DNA from: Saprospiraceae bacterium
GTDB lineage: Bacteria > Bacteroidota > Bacteroidia > Chitinophagales > Saprospiraceae
Direction: 5' to 3'
Assembly (NCBI GenBank): GCA_032115755.1
Contig: JAUMBJ010000159.1
Span: 1-56,917, forward strand
Length of the DNA stretch: 56,917 nt
In this document: one piece after another, positions 9,225 through 19,218 of the stretch
How the letters are laid out: each line of letters begins with the position of its first letter
Numbering within the stretch: position 1 is the first letter of the stretch
Program-made: the position numbers and the translations under genes
The notes under the pieces: model-generated
What the model was told of the DNA's origin: nothing
What the model saw: the letters and a program-made list of their open reading frames with translations, nothing else
The model's database searches: none

Positions 9225-10244
9225 ATGAAAGACATTCAACTAACACTTATGTCACTCTGCAAAGAAAAATCAGGTGACAGAAATTTAGCCACAGATTTGG
9301 CTGATCTTCTTCATATAAATTTAGATGCCGCCTACAGAAGAATTCGTGGAACGACTCTTTTAAATATAGAGGAATTGAATATGATATGTCACCATTATAA
9401 AGTTTCAGCAGATGCCGTGATGAATTATAAAAGCAACCTGGTTCCTTTTCAGTTTCACGCCATGTTTAAAGACAAATTTCAAATTAATAAGTACCTGACC
9501 CAAATTGCACAAGCACTTCATCATATGGTCAAATCCGGAAAGGGTGAAATCACCATTACCGCAATGGATATTCCCTATTTCCGACAATTCGGATTTAAAA
9601 GCCTAAGTAGATTTAAATTGTTTTTCTGGCAAAAATCAGTATTGAATTTGGAGCAATACCGCCATAAAAAATTTAATGCGCAAGAAGAAATTTTGGAATA
9701 TGAAGAGATTGTTGAGCAAATATATTTTGACTACCACGGTATAGATTCTGCCGAAATATGGGCTAGTGAAACCCTTGATACAACATTTAAACAAGTGCAG
9801 TATTATATTGAATCAGGACTTTTTGATGACGAACATTCCCTACAACTTGTGTGTGATAATCTCGACGAACTATTAAATAAACTGGAACGGGAAGCTGAAA
9901 CTGGAAGAAAATCAGCATTGAGTTCGGCAGGCCAGAGATCAGGTAAATTTGAAATGTTTCAAAGTGATATATACCTGAGTAATAATTGTGTGCAGGCGAA
10001 AATTGATGACCGCATTTATACTTATGTAAGTTTTAATACATTTAATTCTCTCATGACATATGATGAAGACTTTTCTGAAGAAAGTCAAAGATGGGTAGAG
10101 CAACTTAAATCTAAGTCTATATTATTATCAGAGGTATCAGAAAAATTTAGATTTCAGTTTTTCCAAAAGATGCGACAAAAAGTCAACATCTTGAGAAAAT
10201 TTGGAAAATTGAGTTCGGAAAAGGAAATTATTAATTATGATTAA
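9225..10244 (+). CDS. Putative transcriptional regulator with an N-terminal BetR-like HTH
   Basis: N-terminus LATDLADLLHINLDAAYRRIRGTTLLNIEELNMICHHYKVS resembles BetR-type HTH domains. The remaining ~270 aa are unassigned. Confidence 0.45.
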   Translation: MKDIQLTLMSLCKEKSGDRNLATDLADLLHINLDAAYRRIRGTTLLNIEELNMICHHYKVSADAVMNYKSNLVPFQFHAMFKDKFQINKYLTQIAQALHHMVKSGKGEITITAMDIPYFRQFGFKSLSRFKLFFWQKSVLNLEQYRHKKFNAQEEILEYEEIVEQIYFDYHGIDSAEIWASETLDTTFKQVQYYIESGLFDDEHSLQLVCDNLDELLNKLEREAETGRKSALSSAGQRSGKFEMFQSDIYLSNNCVQAKIDDRIYTYVSFNTFNSLMTYDEDFSEESQRWVEQLKSKSILLSEVSEKFRFQFFQKMRQKVNILRKFGKLSSEKEIINYD

Positions 10245-10253
10245 TTTTTACAA

Positions 10254-12410
10254 CTATTCAGATATCAATTCCATATCAATTTTTCTCGTAGATTTATCTG
10301 ACCTGATTACCTTCACTTTACAGTGAGCGCCTATCAATATGTCATTACCCCCAAATCTGGAAATAGCCTTATACCTACTTTCCGTTACATAGTATGAATC
10401 TGGCAAACCTTCAAAAGCAACAAATCCTTCTGCTTTTATTCCCGGAATTTCGATGTAGATTCCTTTTTCTGACATTCCAGTAACTATTCCTTCAAGCTCC
10501 TGTCCTATAAATTTCATCATGAATTCCGCCATTTTATATTTTACAGATTCACGCTCTGCATCCATAGCTTTCCTTTCCTGTAATGATATGTGCCTGGACT
10601 TAATTTTCAGTGATTCCTTTTCCACCCTGTAAATTTCTGTTAAATTTTTATAGAGAATACGATGTGACAGCACATCAGAATATCTCCTTATAGGTGAAGT
10701 AAAATGTGTGTAAAAATCAAAACCCAATCCATAGTGACCTATATTATCAGTTGTATATTCCGCCTTTGCCATTGTTCGTATGGCCAGAGGCTCGAGTAAC
10801 CGAAGTAATTCATTAGTTTTTGCCAGATCAGCAAGCTTATTAAATGATTGAGTGATAGAATTTCTGTCCTTCAAATTAAACTTGAATCCCAGTTCTGCTG
10901 CAAATTTGGCGAAATCAATTAGTTTATCAGGGTTGGGCGTATCATGTACCCTGTACACAAATGGAATTTCCTGCTGTGATCTTTTTGCAATAAACTCGGC
11001 AACACGTTTATTCGCCAGCAACATAAAATCTTCAATCATCATATGTGCCTCCTTTCGCTCTTTTATTCGAACTGATATTGGTCTTTTATGGTCATCATAC
11101 TCAAACTGAATTTCCTCCGATTCAAAACTTATTGATCCACGAGAATACCTTTCTTTCCTTAATGCAAGGGCAATGGTATTAAGTATATTGATTTCTGTCG
11201 CGAAATCACCATGATTAGTTTCAATACGCTCCTGTGCTTCTTCGTATGAAAATCGGCGGTCAGAATGGATAATGGTTTTACCAAACCATTCATGATACAC
11301 ATTACCCTCCAAATCCATTTCAAAAACTGCTGAAAAGGTATACTTATCTTCATTGGGATTTAAGGAACATAATTCATTGGAAAGCACTTCAGGCAACATT
11401 GGACAAACTCTGTCAGCAAGATAGACTGAAGTTGCCCGTTTATATGCCTCCTTATCCAAATCCGAATCCTCCTGCAAAAAATGGCTGACATCAGCAATAT
11501 GGACTCCAATCTCAAACTTATGATTTTCCAAAGTTCTTATGGAAAGTGCATCATCAAAGTCCTTTGCAGTTGCCGGATCTATAGTAAATGTAGTTATCTG
11601 ACGAAAATCTTTTCTGGAGGAGGTTTCACTTTCATTAACAAGTGTGTGTAATTGAAGTGATTCGGATAATGCCTCTTGTGAAAAATCTATTTCAAAGCCA
11701 TTGCTTAAAAGTATGGATTGCATAGCTATCTCATTTTCATCATGCTCATCCAATACATCAAGGACTTTACCCCAAATTGACGTATTCTGACCTTTTCCCC
11801 AGTCTGAAATTTCTATTCGGACTTTTTGACCATCATTAATATGGGTAATTTCCGACAATTTAATGTGGACTTCAGGAAACTGCTTGGGTTCATCAGCTGT
11901 TACAACGGCATAATGGTGTAATTTACGAATTGTTCCAATGATCTGATGAATACTTCTTTCCAGTATCTCAACAATCTTTCCTTCAGGCTTTCTCCTTTTT
12001 GCACGAGGCAGTAATTCAACAGCTACCAGATCTTTGTGGAGCGCTCCTTTAATATACTTTGGAGCTACATAAATGTCATCTTGCTGATTTGTTCCTGTAA
12101 TATAAGCTGCTCCTGACCTCGTCATATCCACATAACCCTGATAAATTTGAGGCTGAAAACCTGAAGATTTTTTATGGATAATATCTTTTTCTTGCCATTG
12201 ATAATACTCTTGCCGCTTTCTTAAAACAAAACCTTCTTCACATAGCTTGTCCAACTCATACTGTATGGAAGATACCGGATTAGAAACATTAAGTTTTCGT
12301 GAAATTTGAAATGCCGTAAATTGATGTTTTGACATTTTGGAAAGCAATTTTATAATCTGCTGTTTTAATGCAGCACTTTTTAACTGTCTGGCTTTCCTGC
12401 TCATAAGCAT
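10254..12410 (-). CDS. rnr: Ribonuclease R
   Basis: 718 aa with an N-terminal wHTH, cold-shock-like domains, an RNB catalytic domain (TIDPATAKDFDDALS, HIADVSHF, FTSPIRRYSD) and a C-terminal S1 domain. Confidence 0.92.
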   Translation of the reverse strand: MLMSRKARQLKSAALKQQIIKLLSKMSKHQFTAFQISRKLNVSNPVSSIQYELDKLCEEGFVLRKRQEYYQWQEKDIIHKKSSGFQPQIYQGYVDMTRSGAAYITGTNQQDDIYVAPKYIKGALHKDLVAVELLPRAKRRKPEGKIVEILERSIHQIIGTIRKLHHYAVVTADEPKQFPEVHIKLSEITHINDGQKVRIEISDWGKGQNTSIWGKVLDVLDEHDENEIAMQSILLSNGFEIDFSQEALSESLQLHTLVNESETSSRKDFRQITTFTIDPATAKDFDDALSIRTLENHKFEIGVHIADVSHFLQEDSDLDKEAYKRATSVYLADRVCPMLPEVLSNELCSLNPNEDKYTFSAVFEMDLEGNVYHEWFGKTIIHSDRRFSYEEAQERIETNHGDFATEINILNTIALALRKERYSRGSISFESEEIQFEYDDHKRPISVRIKERKEAHMMIEDFMLLANKRVAEFIAKRSQQEIPFVYRVHDTPNPDKLIDFAKFAAELGFKFNLKDRNSITQSFNKLADLAKTNELLRLLEPLAIRTMAKAEYTTDNIGHYGLGFDFYTHFTSPIRRYSDVLSHRILYKNLTEIYRVEKESLKIKSRHISLQERKAMDAERESVKYKMAEFMMKFIGQELEGIVTGMSEKGIYIEIPGIKAEGFVAFEGLPDSYYVTESRYKAISRFGGNDILIGAHCKVKVIRSDKSTRKIDMELISE

Positions 12411-12413
12411 TTA

Positions 12414-12908
12414 TTAAGATATGTCGGAGCGTACAATTTCTCCGTTTGAAAGAATTTCAAGTTCTATTTTTTCTGACATAGATGAATCATATAAATCATC
12501 AGCCTGTCCTCGTCCCTTCATTACAGATATATTTAAATCTATATCAATGTAGGCTACAGATCGCAATATACTATCTCCGACAACATGGGTTCCAGCTATA
12601 GATTTCCTGCTAATTGCTTGCCCATGTTTATCTATATTAGCCAGAATAAAATCATATTTAAGCAGTGAACCTTTCCAATATACCACAGTAATAAAGTCAT
12701 TTTTAACAGGCAATGATATACACGGAATATACTCCGTATACTCGTCAGACTGATTTTCCCAAAGTGTCATTATTTCATCGAGAAATTTCTTAGGAAACGG
12801 ATCATTATTACTTTCAAATTCGCTGAGTTGATCCTCAGAAATTAGTAGTGGAAGTTCAACTTCTGGAAAAAATTTAAGTATGTCTTCTTGAATACCTGAT
12901 AATGTCAT
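12414..12908 (-). CDS. Hypothetical protein
   Basis: 164-aa ORF packed between nadC (9-nt gap) and rnr (3-nt gap). No motif recognised. Confidence 0.45.
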   Translation of the reverse strand: MTLSGIQEDILKFFPEVELPLLISEDQLSEFESNNDPFPKKFLDEIMTLWENQSDEYTEYIPCISLPVKNDFITVVYWKGSLLKYDFILANIDKHGQAISRKSIAGTHVVGDSILRSVAYIDIDLNISVMKGRGQADDLYDSSMSEKIELEILSNGEIVRSDIS

Positions 12909-12917
12909 TTACAAATT

Positions 12918-13787
12918 TTACTTTATCACTTTCAAACTTAAATCTAAGCAACCCGCAGAATGCGTTAATGCCCCTACTGATATGTAATCAACTCCCGTCA
13001 ATGCAATTTTTCTTACATTACTTAGCGAAACTCCTCCCGAAACCTCTGTTTCAAATCTACCATTAATGTGGGCAATAGCTTCGTGCATAATTGGAATTTC
13101 AAAATTATCCAACATAATTCGAGTTATTCCACCCTTATCCAAAACTTCCTGTAATTCTACAAGGTTCCTGACCTCAACAGTAATACCTAAATCAAGTTGG
13201 TGTTGCTTTAAATATTTGTGTACTCTTGAAATCGCTTCAGTGATACTTCCACAGGCATCGATATGATTGTCTTTTATCATAATCCAGTCATACAATCCAA
13301 AACGATAATTCTGGCATCCGCCAATTTTAACAGCCCATTTTTCGAGAAAACGCAATAAAGGTGTGGTTTTTCTTGTGTCAAGTATTTTAACAGGCAAGTC
13401 TTCCACTTCAAAAGCAAATCTACCGCTGAGGGTAGCAATACCGCTCATACGCTGCATGATATTCAATGATAATCTTTCAGCCATTAGCAAAGCTTGCGAT
13501 TTACATTCCACTGTAAATACTTCATCTCCATAGACAACGTCGCTTCCATCAGGTTTATGCACTGTAAATACCGCATTTGGGTCAAGTTGCTTAAATATCA
13601 TTTCAGCTAACTCAACACCAGCAATAACCCCGTCATCTTTAACTAATAACCTGGCCTTTGAAACTTCATCTGGTAAGATACAAGCCAAAGAGGTATGGTC
13701 ACCACTTCCAATATCCTCCTGTAAGGCTTCAATTGTAAATTTTTTCAACTTAATTTCCTCCAGCCCTTCCATACTTTTTTTAATCAA
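12918..13787 (-). CDS. nadC: Nicotinate-nucleotide diphosphorylase (quinolinate phosphoribosyltransferase)
   Basis: 289 aa with DIGSGDHTS, ILDTRKTTP, IMIKDNH and a C-terminal ISVGALTHS, collinear with NadC. Confidence 0.9.
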   Translation of the reverse strand: MIKKSMEGLEEIKLKKFTIEALQEDIGSGDHTSLACILPDEVSKARLLVKDDGVIAGVELAEMIFKQLDPNAVFTVHKPDGSDVVYGDEVFTVECKSQALLMAERLSLNIMQRMSGIATLSGRFAFEVEDLPVKILDTRKTTPLLRFLEKWAVKIGGCQNYRFGLYDWIMIKDNHIDACGSITEAISRVHKYLKQHQLDLGITVEVRNLVELQEVLDKGGITRIMLDNFEIPIMHEAIAHINGRFETEVSGGVSLSNVRKIALTGVDYISVGALTHSAGCLDLSLKVIK

Positions 13788-13882
13788 TTATATCACAAAA
13801 ATACACCTATTAATCCAATAATTAATTTTAAAAAATTTATGCTTTATCCAATATCAAATTCTGATTTGACTATTTTGGATTT

Positions 13883-14530
13883 TTAGGAAAATAAGCTGCT
13901 AATTCCCATAGAATTTATATTTCGCTGATGCATTTCTTCCAGAAATCTGGGAAGTATGTATTCCAGGTTTTTCCATGATTTCTGCTGATCATGGAACACA
14001 ATGATATCTCCGCAGCGGACGTTTTGACATAATTTTATAAGGCAATCTTTTTTATGCAGTCTGGATTCATAGTCTCCAATCAACAATGACCACATGACAA
14101 GCTTATAACCTTTTTGGGCTAAGGAAAGATATTGATTGTATGTCAACTTTCCATACGGAGGTCTGAAAAAATTACTTCCAATCTGCGCATCTGCCAATTC
14201 CACATTGGCCATATATTGTTGAGTATTGTACTGCCATCCATGTAGGTGATGATAGGTATGGTTTCCTGCATCATGGCCAAGCTGAAGGATTTCTTTAAAA
14301 ATATCATGATTTCTTTGCACATTATCCCCTACACAAAAAAATGTGGCTTTTTGCTCAAACATGCTTAGCATATCCAATACTTTTGGCGTAATTCCAGCAT
14401 TGGGTCCATCATCAAATGTAATATAAATTTGTTGTTGATCCTTCGGGCCATGCCATACGCATTGATTAAAAAGCTTTTGAATAATAAAAGGTGTGCGATA
14501 GGGATAAAATTTGTTAACCAATGTGCGCAT
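13883..14530 (-). CDS. Polysaccharide deacetylase (NodB homology domain) family protein
   Basis: ITFDDGPN and GNHTYHH motifs, followed by FFRPPYG. Confidence 0.8.
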   Translation of the reverse strand: MRTLVNKFYPYRTPFIIQKLFNQCVWHGPKDQQQIYITFDDGPNAGITPKVLDMLSMFEQKATFFCVGDNVQRNHDIFKEILQLGHDAGNHTYHHLHGWQYNTQQYMANVELADAQIGSNFFRPPYGKLTYNQYLSLAQKGYKLVMWSLLIGDYESRLHKKDCLIKLCQNVRCGDIIVFHDQQKSWKNLEYILPRFLEEMHQRNINSMGISSLFS

Positions 14531-14553
14531 TTGATTAATTCACTTAATAAGTC

Positions 14554-14561
14554 TAATTTTG
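14554..14561 (+). promoter_or_regulatory. Candidate -7 box TAATTTTG upstream of gltX
   Basis: Exact TAnnTTTG match 49 nt upstream of the gltX ATG. Confidence 0.4.
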
Positions 14562-14609
14562 CACCTTGTTGGTGAAAATTTTCAAATTTTATATTAAATA
14601 CGTACCGGT

Positions 14610-16115
14610 ATGAGCAGCGTTAGAGTGAGGTTTGCACCCAGTCCAACAGGACCATTGCACATTGGGGGTGTTAGAACGGCCCTGTACAATTATCTATTTG
14701 CCCGGAAACACAAAGGTACATTTATTCTTCGTATAGAAGATACGGATCAGGTACGATATGTACCTGGCGCTGAGGAATATATCGTTGAGTCATTAGGCTG
14801 GTTTGGACTAATTCCGGACGAAGGGCCTGGCTTTGGAGGCACATATGGCCCATACAGACAGTCAGAGCGAAAAGAACTATATCAGTCTTATGCCAGTAAA
14901 CTTCTGGAAAGTGGACATGCCTACTACTCCTTTGATACACCTGAAGAACTTGATCAGCAGCGTGAAAAAGATCCAACGTTTAAATATGATAGTCATTCCA
15001 GAAAAATTTTGAAAAACAGCCTTTCTTTGTCCCCTCAGGAAACAAGCGATATGCTAGAAACCAGCCAGCATATTGCTGTGAGACTCAAAGTTGAGCCCGG
15101 AGAAAAAATAGAAATTCATGATCAGATCAGGGGAACCGTTATTTTTGACAGCACAGAACTAGATGACAAAGTAATATTAAAAGCAGACGGCATGCCAACA
15201 TATCATCTCGCTAATATAGTAGATGATGCCCTGATGCAAATAACGCACGTCATACGGGGAGAGGAATGGCTATCAAGTACTGCCCATCATATGTTACTTT
15301 ACAGATATCTGGGCTACACGCCGCCAGCATTTGCACATTTACCATTAATACTAAAACCAAGTGGACAAGGTAAATTGTCTAAAAGAGATGGTGCTACATT
15401 TGGATTTCCTGTATTCCCGCTCACCTGGCATGGAGAAGGAGAAATATTTGATGGCTTTAGAGAAGCAGGTTTCTTACCGGAAGCCGTTTTAAATTTTCTT
15501 TCTTTGCTGGGATGGAATCCAGGAACAGAGCAAGAATTATTTTCATTAAGCGATCTCATTAACGCATTTAGTCTTGATAAAATCGTAAAATCAGGAGCAA
15601 GATTTGATTTTGAAAAAGCAAAATGGTTTAATCAGCAATATATTATACAAACGCCGGATGAAGTTTTGGCAAAAATAATTTCTGCAAAAGTTGAAAAACT
15701 TTATGGATTTTATTCCATGGAGTACCTTTCTGGAGTTTGCAAACACATGAAAGAAAGAGTTCATGTCGTGGATGAGATCATATCATCCGGTAGATTTTTC
15801 TTTGAAGAAGTATCTTCATATGATAATGAAACCATCATAAAAAAATATAAAATTGAAAACAGAGTCTTTTTTGAAAAAATAGCGCTACTTATAGCTCAGG
15901 ATGTATTAACAGCAGAAGAAAATGTAAAGTCTTATATTCTACAAGAATCATTGAAAATGGGAGAAATTTTGCCTGTTATAAGAATTGCCATATCTGGATC
16001 CATGCAAGGTCCTGACTTGTTTCAAAGTATGCAATTACTGGGTGGAGAGAAAAGTAGCAATAGAATAATATCTGCTATTAAAAAATTTGATGCTGTAGTT
16101 GCATCTGCAAAATAA
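14610..16115 (+). CDS. gltX: Glutamate--tRNA ligase
   Basis: RFAPSPTGPLHIGGVRTALYNY (HIGH motif) and KLSKR (KMSKS motif); 501 aa. Confidence 0.95.
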   Translation: MSSVRVRFAPSPTGPLHIGGVRTALYNYLFARKHKGTFILRIEDTDQVRYVPGAEEYIVESLGWFGLIPDEGPGFGGTYGPYRQSERKELYQSYASKLLESGHAYYSFDTPEELDQQREKDPTFKYDSHSRKILKNSLSLSPQETSDMLETSQHIAVRLKVEPGEKIEIHDQIRGTVIFDSTELDDKVILKADGMPTYHLANIVDDALMQITHVIRGEEWLSSTAHHMLLYRYLGYTPPAFAHLPLILKPSGQGKLSKRDGATFGFPVFPLTWHGEGEIFDGFREAGFLPEAVLNFLSLLGWNPGTEQELFSLSDLINAFSLDKIVKSGARFDFEKAKWFNQQYIIQTPDEVLAKIISAKVEKLYGFYSMEYLSGVCKHMKERVHVVDEIISSGRFFFEEVSSYDNETIIKKYKIENRVFFEKIALLIAQDVLTAEENVKSYILQESLKMGEILPVIRIAISGSMQGPDLFQSMQLLGGEKSSNRIISAIKKFDAVVASAK

Positions 16116-16195
16116 AAACCTATTTAGTAAACAAATATTACTTTAATAATATTATTCTTATACAATTCGTGTATGAATAATTAAATAAGAAATCT

Positions 16196-17161
16196 ATGAG
16201 TCATTTTCAGAACGAGGTAGAAGGAATAGATGCACTGGCATCCTCATATCAACAATTAAAATCAGAGATTGGTAAAATTATTGTTGGCCAGGACGATGTT
16301 GTTAAAACAGTAATTATATCCCTGTTTAGCAATGGACACAGTCTATTGGTTGGCGTCCCGGGTCTAGCTAAAACATTACTCGTCAGCACAATCGCTGAGG
16401 TACTTGACTTGGATTTTAAAAGAATTCAATTTACACCGGATCTGATGCCGTCTGACATTACAGGGTCAGAAATACTTGATGAAAGTAGACATTTTAAGTT
16501 CAACAAGGGCCCATTATTTACCAACATCCTATTGGCTGATGAGATTAACAGAACACCGCCAAAGACACAGGCAGCGCTATTAGAGGCCATGCAGGAAAGA
16601 TCTGTAACCGTAGCGGGTTCAAGGTATATATTGCCAAAACCATTTTTTGTACTGGCAACCCAAAACCCAATAGAAAAAGAAGGTACATACCCTTTACCTG
16701 AAGCTCAGTTGGATAGATTTATGTTTAATATACCATTAGATTATCCAAGTTACCAAGAAGAGGTGATGGTTGTAAAAAATACAACGTCCAATGATTCCAT
16801 TGCTTTAAAAAATATTCTTACTGGAGATCAAATTCTGGAATATCAGTCATTAATACGAAAAATACCTGTAGCTGATAATGTGCTAGAATATGCTGTAACT
16901 CTGGCTTCTAAAACTAGACCTGGAACCCCAATGGCTACGTCTGAAATTAATCAGTATATTTCATGGGGAGCAGGCCCCAGAGCATCTCAATATCTGGTAT
17001 TAGGTGCTAAATGTCACGCTGCCATTAATGGGAAATATTCTCCCGATCGGGAAGATGTACAAGCAATTGCATCATATGTACTGCGTCACAGGGTTGTCAG
17101 AAATTACAAAGCTGAAGCAGAAGGCATTACCACAGAACAGATTATTAAAAATTTGTTCTGA
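16196..17161 (+). CDS. MoxR-family AAA+ ATPase
   Basis: Walker A GVPGLAKT, Walker B LLADEINR, ATQNP and LPEAQLDRF motifs; 321 aa. Confidence 0.9.
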   Translation: MSHFQNEVEGIDALASSYQQLKSEIGKIIVGQDDVVKTVIISLFSNGHSLLVGVPGLAKTLLVSTIAEVLDLDFKRIQFTPDLMPSDITGSEILDESRHFKFNKGPLFTNILLADEINRTPPKTQAALLEAMQERSVTVAGSRYILPKPFFVLATQNPIEKEGTYPLPEAQLDRFMFNIPLDYPSYQEEVMVVKNTTSNDSIALKNILTGDQILEYQSLIRKIPVADNVLEYAVTLASKTRPGTPMATSEINQYISWGAGPRASQYLVLGAKCHAAINGKYSPDREDVQAIASYVLRHRVVRNYKAEAEGITTEQIIKNLF

Positions 17162-17174
17162 TCTTATTGTAAAA

Positions 17175-17624
17175 TTAAGTCCCTAAGACCGTTTTTACAA
17201 TTTCGGCAATGATTTTACCATCTGCTTGACCTGCCATTTTCTGGGAGGCCATCGCCATAACCTTTCCCATATCTTTCATGCCTGAAGCCCCTGTTTCAGA
17301 AATAATTTCATTTACTTTTTGAGCGATGTCTTCTCTGGATAACTGGTCTGGTAAGTATCGCTGAATAATGGCAATTTCCTCACGTTCAATTACTGCAAGA
17401 TCTTCACGACCCTGTTTGTTGTAAATATCAAGGGAGTCTTGGCGCTGTTTTACAAGTTTTTGAAGTAATTTTATTGATTTTTCCAAGTCAAGGTCTTCAC
17501 CACTACCGTCTGTTTTAAACAATAAAATAGCAGCCTTGATGGCCCGAATACCCCTTAAAGCAGCTTGATCTTTAAGCTTCATCGCTTCCTTGAGATCCTG
17601 ATTGATCCTTTCTTCCAGATTCAT
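17175..17624 (-). CDS. GatB/YqeY domain-containing protein
   Basis: 149 aa. The N-terminus MNLEERINQDLKEAMKLKD and overall pattern are typical of YqeY. Confidence 0.85.
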   Translation of the reverse strand: MNLEERINQDLKEAMKLKDQAALRGIRAIKAAILLFKTDGSGEDLDLEKSIKLLQKLVKQRQDSLDIYNKQGREDLAVIEREEIAIIQRYLPDQLSREDIAQKVNEIISETGASGMKDMGKVMAMASQKMAGQADGKIIAEIVKTVLGT

Positions 17625-18405
17625 GAGAGATTTGTTTTAAATAAGGAAATAATTTATTTACAATAAAGACAAATTGTTCTACTGAAAGTTGCTCAGGCCG
17701 CTTCTCAAATAAAGGATCTGACAGTACTCCTTCATCTGATAGCAACGGTTTTAAAGTATTTCTGAGCATTTTTCTTCGCTGATTAAAACTTGTTTTGACA
17801 ATAATTCTAAACCATTTTTCATCACAACCTAAAGTCTGATTTTCTTTTCTGATAAGCCGTATGACGGCCGAATCAACTTTTGGAGGAGGATTAAATGAAC
17901 CAGGACTTACCTTCAATATCAAACTTCCATGGTAATAAGCTTGTACTAAAACACTAATCACTCCATACGTTTTTGATCCCGGTGGTGCTATAACGCGCTC
18001 AGCCACTTCCTTTTGGAACATACCTACAAGTTCTGGTACAATATGTTTGTAATTGATCATTTTGATCAAAATCTGGGAAGAAATATTGTACGGAAAATTT
18101 CCAATTATTTTAAATGATTCTCCTTCAAACACCTTTGCCATACTCAGTTTCAAAAAATCCATAAAAATAATACCATCAGAAACTTCAGGATAATTCTTTT
18201 TTAGATAGTTGACCATATCTATATCAGCTTCAACAACCCTAAGGTTAATATGCTGTTTCAATAAATACTTCGTCAGTACTCCCTTTCCGGGACCGATTTC
18301 CAATACATTCTGACCATGGAAATTTTCAGTTAGGCTATAGGCAATCTTTTCCGCTAAAGATTCATTGATTAAAAAATGCTGTCCAAAAGATTTTTTTGCT
18401 TTCAT
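17572..18405 (-). CDS. rsmA: 16S rRNA (adenine1518/1519-N6)-dimethyltransferase
   Basis: KKSFGQHFL, EIGPGKGVLT (SAM site) and GNFPYNISS motifs. The 3-prime end overlaps the yqeY-like gene by 53 nt. Confidence 0.9.
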   Translation of the reverse strand: MKAKKSFGQHFLINESLAEKIAYSLTENFHGQNVLEIGPGKGVLTKYLLKQHINLRVVEADIDMVNYLKKNYPEVSDGIIFMDFLKLSMAKVFEGESFKIIGNFPYNISSQILIKMINYKHIVPELVGMFQKEVAERVIAPPGSKTYGVISVLVQAYYHGSLILKVSPGSFNPPPKVDSAVIRLIRKENQTLGCDEKWFRIIVKTSFNQRRKMLRNTLKPLLSDEGVLSDPLFEKRPEQLSVEQFVFIVNKLFPYLKQISHESGRKDQSGSQGSDEA

Positions 18406-18425
18406 CAGAATATTATTTGCCCGAA

Positions 18426-18521
18426 TTCATATGTTTATTTTTAGATCGTCACTCTCCGAGTGACTTGTTTTTAAGGCCATATGGAATCTTTGATGAGTAA
18501 ATAATCATTGTGGTTTGTATG
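18426..18521. repeat. Intergenic repeat unit 1 (hairpin module plus osmC-3-prime-like module)
   Basis: 18426-18487 matches 18548-18609 at 56 of 62 positions. 18500-18521 (aataatcattgtggtttgtatg) matches 18662-18683 at 20 of 22 positions. Confidence 0.8.
18448..18472 (+). terminator. Hairpin plus T-tract (terminator-like, plus-strand orientation), copy 1
   Basis: GTCACTC-tcc-GAGTGAC followed by TTGTTTTT. On the minus strand the hairpin is followed by an A-rich sequence, so it is not oriented for the flanking minus-strand genes. Confidence 0.4.
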
Positions 18522-18547
18522 TTAATGATTTTTTTACTCATGTCGAT

Positions 18548-18683
18548 TTCATTTGTTTATTTTTAGTTCGTCACTCTCCGAGTGACTTGTTTTTAAAACT
18601 ACATGGAATTGACAACTTTATTTGTATCTATGGTGTTTTCGAACTCGCGTTTCGCATGAGAAATAATCATTCTGGTTTGTGTG
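18548..18683. repeat. Intergenic repeat unit 2, whose right end overlaps the osmC stop codon and last codons
   Basis: Same 62-nt module offset by 122 bp. A longer spacer precedes the aataatcattctggtttgtgtg module, which encodes the ...HKPE* C-terminus of the OsmC-family protein on the minus strand. Confidence 0.8.
18570..18594 (+). terminator. Hairpin plus T-tract (terminator-like, plus-strand orientation), copy 2
   Basis: Identical GTCACTC-tcc-GAGTGAC stem-loop followed by TTGTTTTT. Confidence 0.4.
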
Positions 18684-19083
18684 ACTGTCTCATGCTCATT
18701 TCATATGTATAAGAAATATCTGCCGTGGCTTTTAGCATAACTGAAACTGAGCAATATTTCTCCATAGATAGCCTAATTGCTTCCTGAAGTTTCTCCTCTT
18801 TTATATTTCCTGTAACAATATAATGTAAATGTATTTTTAAAAATACAGACGGGTGCGTTTCTGAACGAATGCCCTCCACTTCAACTTTTATATTTTCTAC
18901 TTTTTGCCTCATCTTCTCCAGAATCATTTCAATATCAATGGAACTACAGGCTGCTGATGCCATAAGTAATGATTCCATCGGACTTACGCCTTTTTTATCA
19001 CCATCAAACGTTAAAACCTGCCCCCGGTCATTTATGCCTACATATTGTAAATGGGCTAAGGTAGATTGTAAGGTAACCTTCAT
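18667..19083 (-). CDS. OsmC-family protein (YhfA-like subgroup)
   Basis: 138 aa with two conserved Cys contexts (SAACSSID and EKYCSVS) typical of the OsmC/Ohr fold. Confidence 0.85.
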   Translation of the reverse strand: MKVTLQSTLAHLQYVGINDRGQVLTFDGDKKGVSPMESLLMASAACSSIDIEMILEKMRQKVENIKVEVEGIRSETHPSVFLKIHLHYIVTGNIKEEKLQEAIRLSMEKYCSVSVMLKATADISYTYEMSMRQSHKPE

Positions 19084-19127
19084 ATTTTTATTTTAAGTTT
19101 ATCATGTGCTGCATATCTTAACTTTAC

Positions 19128-19218
19128 GGCCATATGGAATGAAAAAATGTTTTTCTATTTAAAATGCTTTTGAATGCTCGTTTCTCATAAAAAGAATCAA
19201 CCCGATTAGACTGTGTTG
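19128..19218. repeat. Degenerate third copy of the intergenic repeat, upstream of osmC
   Basis: The exact 13-mer ggccatatggaat (19128-19140) equals 18475-18487. 19171-19218 is roughly two-thirds identical, by eye and with one gap, to 18639-18686. Confidence 0.45.

Noticed and set aside
18426-18683. The repeat could be a small CRISPR array
   Set aside because: There are only two good copies at a 122-bp period. The intervening sequence is itself partly repeated, the units are far longer than CRISPR repeats, and there are no cas genes in the window.
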